A stretch of 64,000 nucleotides of DNA from an uncultured Alphaproteobacteria bacterium. Lineage in GTDB: Bacteria; Pseudomonadota; Alphaproteobacteria; Methylaequorales; Methylaequoraceae. Location of the stretch: contig CAZAFN010000005.1 of NCBI GenBank assembly GCA_964484795.1, forward strand, positions 273 through 64,272. The letters run 5' to 3'. Under the pieces are notes generated by a model. The model was not told the origin of the DNA. It made no database searches and saw nothing but the letters and a program-made list of their open reading frames with translations. Shown one piece after another: positions 49,975 to 59,666 of this stretch. Made by a program: the position numbers and the translations under genes. Position 1 is the stretch's first letter. Each line of letters opens with the position of its first letter.

Positions 49975-50244
49975 TTATGGTTTTCTGTAGATTGTTAACC
50001 AGTTTGATGAGAGCAATTGATGGTCCAGTGACTCAACATTGTCATAACCGGAAAGCTCAGAAGTATTGTAATTGTTCAAGTTTTTACGAAACGAGTGATC
50101 GTAATTTCTTCTAATTCTATCAAACCTTATGTTATGTATTAGATTCAACATCAAGATACTTAACGACTCATTAGAAATTTGTTTAATTCTATTCTCTGAT
50201 AAAGTGCCTTCTAAACTCACAAACTGCTGAAAAATAAGGATCAC
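49975..50244 (-). CDS. Doubtful small ORF (GTG start) overlapping the 3' end of 50189..50524
   Basis: It has only a GTG start, no SD and no domain, and overlaps the upstream gene by 56 nt. Without it there would be an unusually long (~260 nt) 3' UTR. Confidence 0.2.
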   Translation of the reverse strand: MILIFQQFVSLEGTLSENRIKQISNESLSILMLNLIHNIRFDRIRRNYDHSFRKNLNNYNTSELSGYDNVESLDHQLLSSNWLTIYRKP

Positions 50245-50524
50245 CAGGTCTTGGTTCTGTAATCATAACTTCTCTATTTAAAGCACATGACTCTGCAATC
50301 AAGGTATTGAGCAAATGTCCTGCATTAGCATATGATGTATGAATAGCAAGAAAGAAATTATCAGAATTCCTACACTTCTTTAATTGTTTTTGTAATTCTC
50401 CTGGAGACATTTCTTTATTATATATCACTTTGCACCAATTGGCTGAATAACTGAAATTAAAGGTAAAAACTGTTAAAAAAAATAAAATCAACTTAATATT
50501 TTTCTTCATATGAAAATTCTCCAA
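50189..50524 (-). CDS. Hypothetical secreted protein
   Basis: Signal peptide KKNIKLILFFLTVFTFNFSYSA, several Cys; no domain recognised. Start may be M6 at 50509. Confidence 0.5.
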   Translation of the reverse strand: MENFHMKKNIKLILFFLTVFTFNFSYSANWCKVIYNKEMSPGELQKQLKKCRNSDNFFLAIHTSYANAGHLLNTLIAESCALNREVMITEPRPGDPYFSAVCEFRRHFIRE

Positions 50525-51285
50525 TATATAAGTTTCAAAAAATCACCTGTACTCATTATGTTCTTCTCTTCAAATTCTTCAAATTGCTGTTTAAAAAAAA
50601 ATTTATATATAAGAACTGGAAATATAGATCCAAGGTAAGCTCCAAAGAAAATATCACTAGGAAAATGCATAGACATAAATATTCTCGATATACCCATTAA
50701 TGTGGCAACAATTAAAATTAAAATTATATGTCTATTGAAATACAAAATAAATAGCATTGCAATGGTAAAAGCTGCTTGCGTATGTCCAGAAGGAAAGGAA
50801 TTCACCTTATGTTCAATGTTAAAGGAATTAATTCTTTCATGACTGCCTAAGAAAAAATATTTAGGCCTTGCAACACCAACAACATACTTAAGGAGATTAC
50901 AAGCAACCCCTGCTGTAATTAATGAAAAGACAATGTGTTTACATACTAATGAAGAATAGGAAAATGTATTAGATATTGGAAGAAAATCAAAACCTGTTTT
51001 TGTCTCTAAAATTTTAAGTTTTGATGGATTTTTAAGTATTGAATTGATATTCAAATTTGCAAATAAAATAATTAAGCAGATTATTATAATGTTTAATGGG
51101 TCGAGTATATCTGATATTGGATCTATAAAGTTTTTGAAAAAAGAAAAAAATATTCCGTGAAAAGATCTTGTAAGTTGAAAAATATATACATCAAAAAATT
51201 TGAATAGCACCACTGTAATTGTTAAAACAAAAAATAAAAGACTGTAGGATGTTAAAAAGTTTAATTTTTTAATAGATTCATTCAT
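50506..51285 (-). CDS. PAP2-family membrane phosphatase (LpxE/LpxF / PgpB-like)
   Basis: Tripartite PAP2 signature KYVVGVARPKYF, SFPSGHT and SRIFMSMHFPSD. Confidence 0.85.
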   Translation of the reverse strand: MNESIKKLNFLTSYSLLFFVLTITVVLFKFFDVYIFQLTRSFHGIFFSFFKNFIDPISDILDPLNIIIICLIILFANLNINSILKNPSKLKILETKTGFDFLPISNTFSYSSLVCKHIVFSLITAGVACNLLKYVVGVARPKYFFLGSHERINSFNIEHKVNSFPSGHTQAAFTIAMLFILYFNRHIILILIVATLMGISRIFMSMHFPSDIFFGAYLGSIFPVLIYKFFFKQQFEEFEEKNIMSTGDFLKLIYWRIFI

Positions 51286-51287
51286 AA

Positions 51288-52895
51288 TCAGTTTTTATAA
51301 ATCTCAAATGACATATTTCTTCCTTTTGAATAATTGAAGCCTTGAAATTTCTCAACTAGTTTAAAATCTGAATACTTTGGATTTTTAAAAAAAATCTCGC
51401 TATATTCACTGGACACAATATACATAATTTTTTTTGAAAATATCGTATTTTCTTTCAAAATGTGAGGGTCAATTTTCTTTGATTTGTGAGATGTTAAAAA
51501 AATTAGGCTTGGTTCGTTAAACCCATAATTTAATATTTCATCAACATCATTTTGGTTCCTATCAACAATCTTTGCAATATTCTCTGATATCCAAAGAACA
51601 TTCATTTTTGGAATCAAAAAGTAAATTAATGAAAGATATACGCATAATTGAAATACACCCACAAAAACTAAAAGTTTTTTTAGATTTTTTTTTAGATTAA
51701 TACTTAATAGGTAGAAGGTAAATATCAAAAAAATGAAAATTAACAACCAAAAAAAAGGATCAGGATTTGAATAATTGTAAATTGAAAAAAGCAGCAAACC
51801 AATGAATAAGCATGGAAAAATGATTAGAGGGATTGTTGTATATTTTAATTTTTCGTATTCAAAGTTTATAGAAAATAGATGTTTAGCAATTAATATACTC
51901 AAAGCTGAATATGATGGAAGAATGTAGTGTGGAAGCTTTGTTGGCACAATCTCATAAATTATTAACGGAACCAAAAACCACAAGGACAAAAAACAATCTT
52001 CCTTACTATCCAAAAATAATACTCTCCATTTCTTAATTGAATTAATCAAGACAGATGGGAAAAAAATTGAACCTGGCCAAAAAAATATAAAAATTAAAAT
52101 GAAGTAGTATCCAGGAGGAAATCCATGGGATTCTTGTCCAGATTTTAATTTGTTAAACAAATCAAAAACAACCGACTCATACCAAAAAACACCACTAGAT
52201 TTTATTGTTATTGCTATAAACCATGGGAGAGTAATAACCAAAAAAGAAAGCAAACCTAACCAAGACCAAATTTGCTTAAAATAATTATTTCTCTGAAGAA
52301 GTGAAAAAACGAACAATGGAATTAATGTAAAAATAAAAATTATTGGCCCTTTAATTAGAACCCCAAATGCCAAAATAATCCAAAAAACAATCTTGAGAAA
52401 ATTTTTAACTTTGTTTGTCCTAACCAGTTCAAAAATCAACAAATTTGCTGCATTTACCGTTAAAAACAAGAGTCCATCAGTTTTAGCTTGATGCATTTCA
52501 GAAATGGTTAAAATTGAGCAAATCAAAAAATAAATTGATATAAAAGCAATGTCTTTGTTGTAAATTCTGATCAAATAAAAATATATGAGTAAAAAACTAA
52601 CCAAAATTCCAAAAAGTGATGGTAATCTATATACCCAAATTTTGTCATATGGTTCGTGTCCAAAAATATAATTAGCTAACACTTGACTCCAATAAATACC
52701 AATGGGTTTTTTATATCTGGATTCCTCTAACATTTTAATGTCAACAAAGTCTTTTGTTTCAATCATAGTTTTAGTAGCTGTTGCAAACCTAGCTTCATCT
52801 CTATCCATTACTGGAAGTTTCAAAATGCCTTGAAAAAAAAGAATTGTGCATAGAAGTAAAAAAATTAAAAATTTTTTTTGTTTTAAAAAAGTCAT
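51288..52895 (-). CDS. ArnT/PMT-family (GT39/GT83) glycosyltransferase, polyprenyl-phosphate-sugar dependent
   Basis: Loop motif MDRDEARFATATKTMIE...YKKPIGIYW, about 13 TM. 535 aa. Confidence 0.8.
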   Translation of the reverse strand: MTFLKQKKFLIFLLLCTILFFQGILKLPVMDRDEARFATATKTMIETKDFVDIKMLEESRYKKPIGIYWSQVLANYIFGHEPYDKIWVYRLPSLFGILVSFLLIYFYLIRIYNKDIAFISIYFLICSILTISEMHQAKTDGLLFLTVNAANLLIFELVRTNKVKNFLKIVFWIILAFGVLIKGPIIFIFTLIPLFVFSLLQRNNYFKQIWSWLGLLSFLVITLPWFIAITIKSSGVFWYESVVFDLFNKLKSGQESHGFPPGYYFILIFIFFWPGSIFFPSVLINSIKKWRVLFLDSKEDCFLSLWFLVPLIIYEIVPTKLPHYILPSYSALSILIAKHLFSINFEYEKLKYTTIPLIIFPCLFIGLLLFSIYNYSNPDPFFWLLIFIFLIFTFYLLSINLKKNLKKLLVFVGVFQLCVYLSLIYFLIPKMNVLWISENIAKIVDRNQNDVDEILNYGFNEPSLIFLTSHKSKKIDPHILKENTIFSKKIMYIVSSEYSEIFFKNPKYSDFKLVEKFQGFNYSKGRNMSFEIYKN

Positions 52896-52945
52896 TGTTT
52901 TTCGAATCCACTAGTTTAGATTTAGTGTTATCATAACATTCTAAA

Positions 52946-53644
52946 ATGAATAATTTTACAATTATAATCCCAATATTTAATGAGTCCGAATCAATTTTTA
53001 GACTCCTAGATGAAATTAGTTATGAATTCCAAAAGAAATTACCAGAAATTCTGATAGTTGATGATGGAAGTAATGATGACTTTCAACAAAAAAGTGCAAA
53101 TTTAAAAAAAAGAAAATTTAAAATTTTTACTCATACCAAAAATTTAGGTAAATCTAAAGCAATGGAAACAGGAATAAAAAATGCTGGAAATGATTTAATC
53201 TGTGTTATGGATGGAGATGGGCAAAATCCCCCCTACGAGGTTAAAAAATTAATAAATCATTGGAAAAAAACACCAAAGAATAATTTCACTTTAATCTGTG
53301 GAAACAGAACATCTAGAAAAGATACTTTCATTAAACGGCTAAGTTCTAAATTGGCCAACAAAATAAGGAGGCTAATACTTGATGATGATTGTAATGACAC
53401 CGCTTGTGCACTAAAGGTCTTCTCTAAATCTGATTATCTAAAAATCCCCTATCTTAAAAATATGCATAGATTCTTACCAGCTTTATTTAAAATGAGAAAT
53501 GGGGCTATTTACAATATTGCCATTGATGACAGAGAGCGATTTGCTGGTATTTCAAAATTTAATTTTAATAATAGATTTTGGGTTGGCATACTAGATCTGA
53601 TAAAAGTTTGGATATTAATTAAAAAAAAAAGGAGTTATTTATGA
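52946..53644 (+). CDS. GT2 polyprenyl-phosphate glycosyltransferase (ArnC/DPM1-like)
   Basis: IIIPIFNESESI, VDDGSNDD, DGDGQNPP (DxD). Confidence 0.85.
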   Translation: MNNFTIIIPIFNESESIFRLLDEISYEFQKKLPEILIVDDGSNDDFQQKSANLKKRKFKIFTHTKNLGKSKAMETGIKNAGNDLICVMDGDGQNPPYEVKKLINHWKKTPKNNFTLICGNRTSRKDTFIKRLSSKLANKIRRLILDDDCNDTACALKVFSKSDYLKIPYLKNMHRFLPALFKMRNGAIYNIAIDDRERFAGISKFNFNNRFWVGILDLIKVWILIKKKRSYL

Positions 53645-53943
53645 CTACAGAACAAATCTGGTTGATAATAGGTTTTATAGGGCAAACTATTTTTGCGTCT
53701 AGATTTTTAATACAATGGGTTGTAAGTGAACGTGCATCTAAAAGCATTATACCTAACATCTTTTGGTGGATTAGTTTGGCTGGAAGCATGGTATTATTAA
53801 GTTATGCTATCCACAAAGTAGACCCAGTTTTCATTGTGGGTCAATCATGTGGATTTCTTATCTATTCTAGAAACATCTACCTAATTAAAAAAGAAGGGAA
53901 AAATAGAAAATCTGATCCATCAAAAATTATGAAAGTTAATTAA
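53641..53943 (+). CDS. Lipid-A-biosynthesis N-terminal domain (LAB_N) small membrane protein
   Basis: 100 aa. EQIWLIIGFIGQTIFASRFLIQWVVSE...FWWISLAGSMVLLSYAIH..DPVFIVGQSCGFLIYSRNIYLI. Confidence 0.7.
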   Translation: MTTEQIWLIIGFIGQTIFASRFLIQWVVSERASKSIIPNIFWWISLAGSMVLLSYAIHKVDPVFIVGQSCGFLIYSRNIYLIKKEGKNRKSDPSKIMKVN

Positions 53944-54557
53944 TGTCTTATGATCATAATTTTCTTCATAATATTTTACTAAAGAAAAGTGAACCATTTA
54001 AATTTCTTTCTAGAGAAATTAAAACTAATGGTCTAATTAAATTAAAAAAAACAAGGTTGGATTTTTTTACTTTCTTATTTCAAACAATAATATCACAACA
54101 AATTTCAAATAAGGCAGCTGGCTCTATTTGGAAAAATCTATGTAATTCTCTAGAAGTTAAAAACCCCTCAATTAAAGATTTTTCTAACACATCTTTTTTA
54201 CTAAAAAAACTTGATGAAATCAGAGTTTCCAGGCAAAAAAAAAATTACATTACTTCTATCTACGAAACCATAAATAAAAATAAACTAATTTTGTCTGATC
54301 TCAAAAAATTAAGTGACGAAACAGTCAAACAGAAATTGATCAAAATAAAAGGGGTTGGGAATTGGACATGCGATATGATTCTAATATTTTTTTTTCTAAG
54401 GCCAAATATTTTACCTGAAAATGATTTAATTATAAAAAAAACACTAAATAAAATTTCTAGGATTGAAGGAAAAAAAATAAATTTCAAAAAAAATTTTGAT
54501 CCATATCTCTCAATTTTCTCTCTTCATCTTTGGAAAATGGCTAAAAGGATTCTCTAG
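53943..54557 (+). CDS. HhH-GPD superfamily DNA glycosylase (AlkA-like)
   Basis: Helix-hairpin-helix IKGVGNWTCDMIL, then a catalytic Asp region. Confidence 0.6.
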   Translation: MSYDHNFLHNILLKKSEPFKFLSREIKTNGLIKLKKTRLDFFTFLFQTIISQQISNKAAGSIWKNLCNSLEVKNPSIKDFSNTSFLLKKLDEIRVSRQKKNYITSIYETINKNKLILSDLKKLSDETVKQKLIKIKGVGNWTCDMILIFFFLRPNILPENDLIIKKTLNKISRIEGKKINFKKNFDPYLSIFSLHLWKMAKRIL

Positions 54558-55838
54558 AAAAGACTTAAAAAAAGTATCTTTCTCATCTACAGTAATTTTA
54601 CTTTTTGGCCATTCAATCATATTTACAGCACTACATTTAATGCAAACAAAATCCCATTTCTCAAATTTAGAATTACAGTTATTACAACTCCAAAGTGGTT
54701 CCATCTTAAGATTTTCAGAAATTTCAGGTAATTTAATTTTTGGAGTTTCATCAGAAATCTTCTCATATAGATCAATCACTCTTTTATCCCAGTTCGTTTT
54801 TGGAATTGAATCCAAATATTTCTGTGCTTCTCCCCACATAGAAGATTCGTATGCTGCAAGTGCAAGAGCAATTTTTGATTCATCTGAATCTTTAGCGTTC
54901 TTTTTTAGAGTTTTGGAAATCAAATTAAACCTTTTCAAAGATTCACTTTCATTTTTCTTTTTATAACTCATAAAGATTTCAACAATATCTAAACAAAGTA
55001 AATTCACCCAGTTTTTTTCGAAGACGTTTGCAGCTTTCTTTATGTTAGATTGATCTATGTAGTATTTAATTGTTTCTATTACTACATTGATTGATTGATT
55101 TGAAATTTTTAATGCTTCTGGCGCCTCTTTTCCAGAGAAAATTTTTAAATTTGCCAACATATTTTTAATTTTAGCTGATTTATGAATTTTCAATTTTAAT
55201 AAGATATTGTGTGCTTCTATCCAGTCCTTTTTCATAGAGTAAATCGTTGCTAGTTTTTCTGCAAACCATTGATCATTTGGATAATCTTCGCAAAATTTAT
55301 TTAAATTATCTTTAGCTTCATCAAATTTATTTTCCTTCAAATTAACTAGTACTATAGCCCTTTTAGCTATGTAGTCTGCCTTAGGAATACCTTGCAAAAC
55401 TTTTAAATATTTTTTTGACTCATCAATTTTATTTCCTATTAATGAAGAATTAAACAACATAAAAGTTGAAAACAAATCATTCCTTAGGAATTTTTTTAAC
55501 ATTCTTGAATTTTTCTCAAGCTTGACAGAATCACCTAAAACTAGATTTACTGCCATATCATCAAGCACGTCATTACCCAAAACTAAATATTTTTCCTTTT
55601 TTTTTATTTCATAGTTTTTTGGTATTTCTTTAATTTTTTTTGTAGATATATAAAACACCAAAACAATACCTGTAAAAATTAATAGTATTGAGACCAACCC
55701 TATTAGATTCGTGTGAATCAAATATTCTTTCCAAATTATCTCCACATTTCCAGGATAATTAGATAGCCATACAATGAATACTGATATGATGATTGTTATT
55801 GCAAAAAATTTAAAAATTTTAATCAAAGTTACTTCCAA
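54510..55838 (-). CDS. hemY: HemY-like TPR membrane protein with a C-terminal CxxC...CxxC zinc ribbon
   Basis: Two N-terminal TM segments plus the HemY_N region, TPR repeats, and CNNCNSKFEKWDFVCIKC. Last gene of the hemC-D-X-Y block. Confidence 0.65.
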   Translation of the reverse strand: MEVTLIKIFKFFAITIIISVFIVWLSNYPGNVEIIWKEYLIHTNLIGLVSILLIFTGIVLVFYISTKKIKEIPKNYEIKKKEKYLVLGNDVLDDMAVNLVLGDSVKLEKNSRMLKKFLRNDLFSTFMLFNSSLIGNKIDESKKYLKVLQGIPKADYIAKRAIVLVNLKENKFDEAKDNLNKFCEDYPNDQWFAEKLATIYSMKKDWIEAHNILLKLKIHKSAKIKNMLANLKIFSGKEAPEALKISNQSINVVIETIKYYIDQSNIKKAANVFEKNWVNLLCLDIVEIFMSYKKKNESESLKRFNLISKTLKKNAKDSDESKIALALAAYESSMWGEAQKYLDSIPKTNWDKRVIDLYEKISDETPKIKLPEISENLKMEPLWSCNNCNSKFEKWDFVCIKCSAVNMIEWPKSKITVDEKDTFFKSFLENPFSHFPKMKREN

Positions 55839-56904
55839 TAATAATTAACAATTCACTTTCCAGTTCATCCATTCTTTCATCTGCTTTAAGGATGGCATTT
55901 GCTTCATCCAGCCAATATTTTACATTATCAAGGGAGAAATTTGAGTTTTCTATAGTTTCTATCGATTTTTCCAAATCATTAAGTAGTAAAAATTCCTTCG
56001 CTAATAACAATGATTCTTTTAGAGCTTGATTGTAATTAAATTGTTGACCTTCTCTTATTTCTGAATTTTCTAGTTTAGTTATTTTAAATGTAGAATTAAA
56101 AATACTTCTTAAGTAATTTAAAAAATTTTCTTTAGATTCAAATATTTTTTTTCCCTGAAATCTTTCATCTTTTTCCAATCTTGCAATGAATTGATCAAAA
56201 CTCTCCTCATAAAATTGTAAATTATTGATTAATTCTTTAAGGAGAAAACTTTTTGTTTTTAATGAGTTAACTTCTAATTTTGAGAAAAATTCCAACAAAT
56301 TTTTTAATTTTTCATGATTCTCATAAAAGTCTAATAATCTATCTAGCTCCTCGCCAAAGTTTTTACGGGAAGAATAATTTTTTTTTAGAATGTTGAAATA
56401 GATTAAAGATTTATTTCCATAAGAAATCTCTTCATCTAAATTCCCTTCAATATTTATTAAACTCAATTCATCCATCCTTCTGTTTAAATTTTCTAACAAT
56501 CTTTCTGTTTCTTTGATTTTCTCTAAATTTTTCATAGATCTTGAGTTAGCATTTAAAATTGAATCTTCTAAAACTTTTGTATTTTCCTTAGAATTTTTTT
56601 TCTCTTTCCTTTCATTTTCAGAAATGGTTTCGAGAAAATTCTTCCTTGAATCAATAGGATAATCTAAACTTTCTAACTCTGGTGAAAAATCAATTAACTC
56701 AGAATCTGAGACATTTTCACTTTTATTTAGTCTCTTAAAAAAATCTAAAATGTCATCAAAATAAAACCCTGTAGAAAAAAACAAGGAAAAAAAAATTAAA
56801 AATATATATGCATTTCTTATATAATTTGTTTTTTTCTTGTATTGTGAATTGTCTAAGTCAATGAAATCCTCCTTCTTGGATTGTTTGTTTTTGGAGTCAC
56901 TCAT
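55819..56904 (-). CDS. HemX-like membrane-anchored coiled-coil protein
   Basis: One TM plus long coiled coils, positioned between hemD and hemY. Confidence 0.5.
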   Translation of the reverse strand: MSDSKNKQSKKEDFIDLDNSQYKKKTNYIRNAYIFLIFFSLFFSTGFYFDDILDFFKRLNKSENVSDSELIDFSPELESLDYPIDSRKNFLETISENERKEKKNSKENTKVLEDSILNANSRSMKNLEKIKETERLLENLNRRMDELSLINIEGNLDEEISYGNKSLIYFNILKKNYSSRKNFGEELDRLLDFYENHEKLKNLLEFFSKLEVNSLKTKSFLLKELINNLQFYEESFDQFIARLEKDERFQGKKIFESKENFLNYLRSIFNSTFKITKLENSEIREGQQFNYNQALKESLLLAKEFLLLNDLEKSIETIENSNFSLDNVKYWLDEANAILKADERMDELESELLIIIGSNFD

Positions 56905-57632
56905 TTTTTTTCTCCTGAACCAAAAACAGTCATTAATGTTTTAATCATATTCTTCTCATTTGGTTTGTCAGCAATGAAAATCTTTCCTATATTTAAACCT
57001 CTTAACTCATTTTTTACAGTTTCACTTATGACAACAAATTTCTTTGCAAAACAATATCTGTCCAAATTGAATTTTATAATTTCATTACAAAATGATCTTG
57101 CTGTTCTGCTTGAATAGAGGGTTATTATTCCATTTTTGTTTGTTTTAATAAATTTTTTAAAAATCTCTGGGTATATATTTTTCATATTAGAACGATAACA
57201 TTCTACTGGAAAATAGTCGCAACCATAATTAGAAAAAAAATCCATCAGGCTTTCTTCAACAATATTTGATGTTGGATGTAAAACTTTCATTCCACTTTTT
57301 AAAAATCTTGCAATTTTTTTTTTTAATTCTTTCAGATCACCGTCTGAATCAAAAACATTTGAAACTCCAGTTTCTTCCAATAGTTTTTTTGTTCCAGAAC
57401 CGACGGCAAAAATCCTTAAATTTTTATTGAATAGAATATTCTTATCATCAAAATATCGAATGCCATTCTTACTTGTAAACATAATAACATCCACGCCAAT
57501 GAATTTTTTAAATCTATACGTTTTTTTTTTTACGTCAATAAGAGGTGCAATTTCAAAATCCCACATTTTTTCCCTCAAAATTTTTGAAGTTTCAAGAGAG
57601 TCAATCTTTGATCTAGTTAATAATATCTTCAC
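56901..57632 (-). CDS. hemD: Uroporphyrinogen-III synthase
   Basis: MKILLTRSK...FEIAPLID start and HemD size; 4-nt overlap with hemC. Confidence 0.75.
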   Translation of the reverse strand: MKILLTRSKIDSLETSKILREKMWDFEIAPLIDVKKKTYRFKKFIGVDVIMFTSKNGIRYFDDKNILFNKNLRIFAVGSGTKKLLEETGVSNVFDSDGDLKELKKKIARFLKSGMKVLHPTSNIVEESLMDFFSNYGCDYFPVECYRSNMKNIYPEIFKKFIKTNKNGIITLYSSRTARSFCNEIIKFNLDRYCFAKKFVVISETVKNELRGLNIGKIFIADKPNEKNMIKTLMTVFGSGEKK

Positions 57633-58564
57633 AATTTTCCTAATCCAATTTTTTTTCTTATCTTTTTTCCTAAGTTAAGACTCTCAAATCTAAATTCTGA
57701 CATTTTAAAATATGTCTTATTCTTAACAAAGTTTTTGCCATCTAATGAGGAGGCCATATATCTAAAAAAAAAATGCTTTTTACCTTTTACATTTTTTATC
57801 CTTGCCATCCCTCCAATTGGTGTTTGGCAAGAACCATCTAGGGCTTTTAAATATTCTCTTTCACATTCAGATTCAACAAAAGTATCTTCATCATTTATTT
57901 CTCTTAAAATATTAATAATTTTTTTATTTTTTTTATCAGCTACAATTGCTATTACACCTTGTCCAATTGCTGGTACTATTTTTTTTGTATCTATCTCAAA
58001 GAAATTTTTCTTAATTCCGAGCCGTTTCAAGCCAGCTGCAGCTAGTATTATCGCGTCATATTTGCCATCTTTTATTTTTTTTATTCTAGTCTCAACGTTT
58101 CCTCGAATTTCTTTTACTACTAAATCAGGTCTTAGGTGCTTAAGTTGTATTGCTCTTCTAATTGAAGAAGTCCCAATAATTGCTTTTTTTTTCAGATTAT
58201 TTAGATTTTTATAATTTTTACTATAAATAACATCCCTGCAGTCCCCTCTAGGAAGAACAGCTGCAATAATCAATCCTTCTGGAAGATTGGTTGGCAAATC
58301 TTTCAACGAATGAACTCCTATATCAATTTCAGCCCTTAATTGAGCTTCATCAATTTCTTTAGTAAACAAACCTTTGTTCCCAATCTCAGAAATATTTTTA
58401 TTCAAAAATTTATCACCAGACGTTTTGTAAAACCTAACTTCAATTTTGTTTTCAATTTTTTCTCCAAATTTATCTAAAAGCGCTTTCAAGAATATGTTCA
58501 TTTGTGCTTTTGCAAGAGGACTTGCTCTTGATCCAACTCTAATTTTATCTAATATTTTTTTCAT
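57629..58564 (-). CDS. hemC: Porphobilinogen deaminase (hydroxymethylbilane synthase)
   Basis: IRVGSRASPLAKAQ, the dipyrromethane cofactor Cys region LDGSCQTPIGG. Confidence 0.95.
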   Translation of the reverse strand: MKKILDKIRVGSRASPLAKAQMNIFLKALLDKFGEKIENKIEVRFYKTSGDKFLNKNISEIGNKGLFTKEIDEAQLRAEIDIGVHSLKDLPTNLPEGLIIAAVLPRGDCRDVIYSKNYKNLNNLKKKAIIGTSSIRRAIQLKHLRPDLVVKEIRGNVETRIKKIKDGKYDAIILAAAGLKRLGIKKNFFEIDTKKIVPAIGQGVIAIVADKKNKKIINILREINDEDTFVESECEREYLKALDGSCQTPIGGMARIKNVKGKKHFFFRYMASSLDGKNFVKNKTYFKMSEFRFESLNLGKKIRKKIGLGKL

Positions 58565-58631
58565 AATTATGTTTTATTTTATTTTAGTAGCAAATAATGT
58601 ATTTTTAAATATTCTTAATTTATTAAAAATT

Positions 58632-59666
58632 ATGATAGTACTTGGAATTGAAACAAGTTGTGATGAAACTTCCGTTTCGATAGTAAAAAAAAACAAAAAA
58701 AGGTTATCTGGCAAGGTAATTTGTGAAAGAACTCTTTCACAAATTTCTAAGCATAAAGCTTTTGGAGGAGTGGTGCCTGAATTAGCATCCAGAGAACATA
58801 GTGAAGCTTTGCATATTTTAGTAAAGAAAGTATTAAAAAATTCTGGATTAACGCTTAATCAAATCAATGCCTTCGCCGCTACTACTGGTCCTGGGCTTCT
58901 TGGTGGTTTGTTAATAGGTTCAAACTATGCCAAAACACTTGCATTAGCATCTAAAAAACCTTTTTTTTCAGTGAACCACCTTCAAGGGCATATATTAGTT
59001 TCAAGGATGGAAAAGAAAATTAGTTTCCCATTCTTATGCTTACTAGTATCTGGCGGCCACACACAGATACTAATAGCCAAAAGTTATAAGAAATTTATCT
59101 TGTTGGGGGAAACTTTAGATGATGCATTAGGAGAAGCGTTTGATAAAACGGCTAAGATCCTTGGCCTGGACTACCCAGGAGGACCTTTATTAGAAAAATT
59201 GGCACTAAAAAGTAGTAATGTTCAAGAAAAATTTAACTTACCTAGGCCATTAATAAACGAAAAAAGTTTTAATTTCTCTTTTTCTGGTTTAAAAACGGCC
59301 ATAAGAAGAGTTGTTCAGAATGGAATCAACGAAGATGAAAAAAGTGATTTAGCCAATGAATTTCAATTGTGTATAACAGATTGCTTAATAGCAAAAATTG
59401 AAAAAGCTATTGCATTTTTTAAAAACAAATTTGATAACAACTATTTCGTTCTGGCTGGTGGAGTAGCCTCAAATAATTTTGTCAGAGAAAAGTTGCAAAA
59501 ACTTTGCAAAAAAAAAAAAATGTCATTCTACGTGCCTAAACCAAAATTATGCGTTGATAATGCAACAATGATTGCTTGGACAGGAATAGAGAAATTATTG
59601 AATGGAGAAAAGGGAGATTCATTGCAATTTTCTCCAAGACCTAGATGGGGTTTAGAAAAATTATGA
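58632..59666 (+). CDS. tsaD: tRNA N6-adenosine threonylcarbamoyltransferase TsaD (Kae1/Gcp)
   Basis: MIVLGIETSCDETSVSIV... The tracked start at 58446 would overlap the divergent hemC; ATG 58632 is in frame and homologous. Confidence 0.9.
   Translation: MIVLGIETSCDETSVSIVKKNKKRLSGKVICERTLSQISKHKAFGGVVPELASREHSEALHILVKKVLKNSGLTLNQINAFAATTGPGLLGGLLIGSNYAKTLALASKKPFFSVNHLQGHILVSRMEKKISFPFLCLLVSGGHTQILIAKSYKKFILLGETLDDALGEAFDKTAKILGLDYPGGPLLEKLALKSSNVQEKFNLPRPLINEKSFNFSFSGLKTAIRRVVQNGINEDEKSDLANEFQLCITDCLIAKIEKAIAFFKNKFDNNYFVLAGGVASNNFVREKLQKLCKKKKMSFYVPKPKLCVDNATMIAWTGIEKLLNGEKGDSLQFSPRPRWGLEKL

Noticed and set aside
54496-54966. Plus-strand ORF 54496..54966, and minus-strand 54260..54487
   Set aside because: They are antisense to hemY and the AlkA-like gene respectively, have low-complexity translations, and leave no room for an independent gene.
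58446-58631. Long N-terminal extension of tsaD (tracked start 58446); similar extensions of argG (39161) and gpsA (59645)
   Set aside because: The extensions are not homologous to the family N-termini. The tsaD extension would overlap the divergent hemC coding region, and the gpsA internal ATG forms a canonical ATGA overlap with the tsaD stop.
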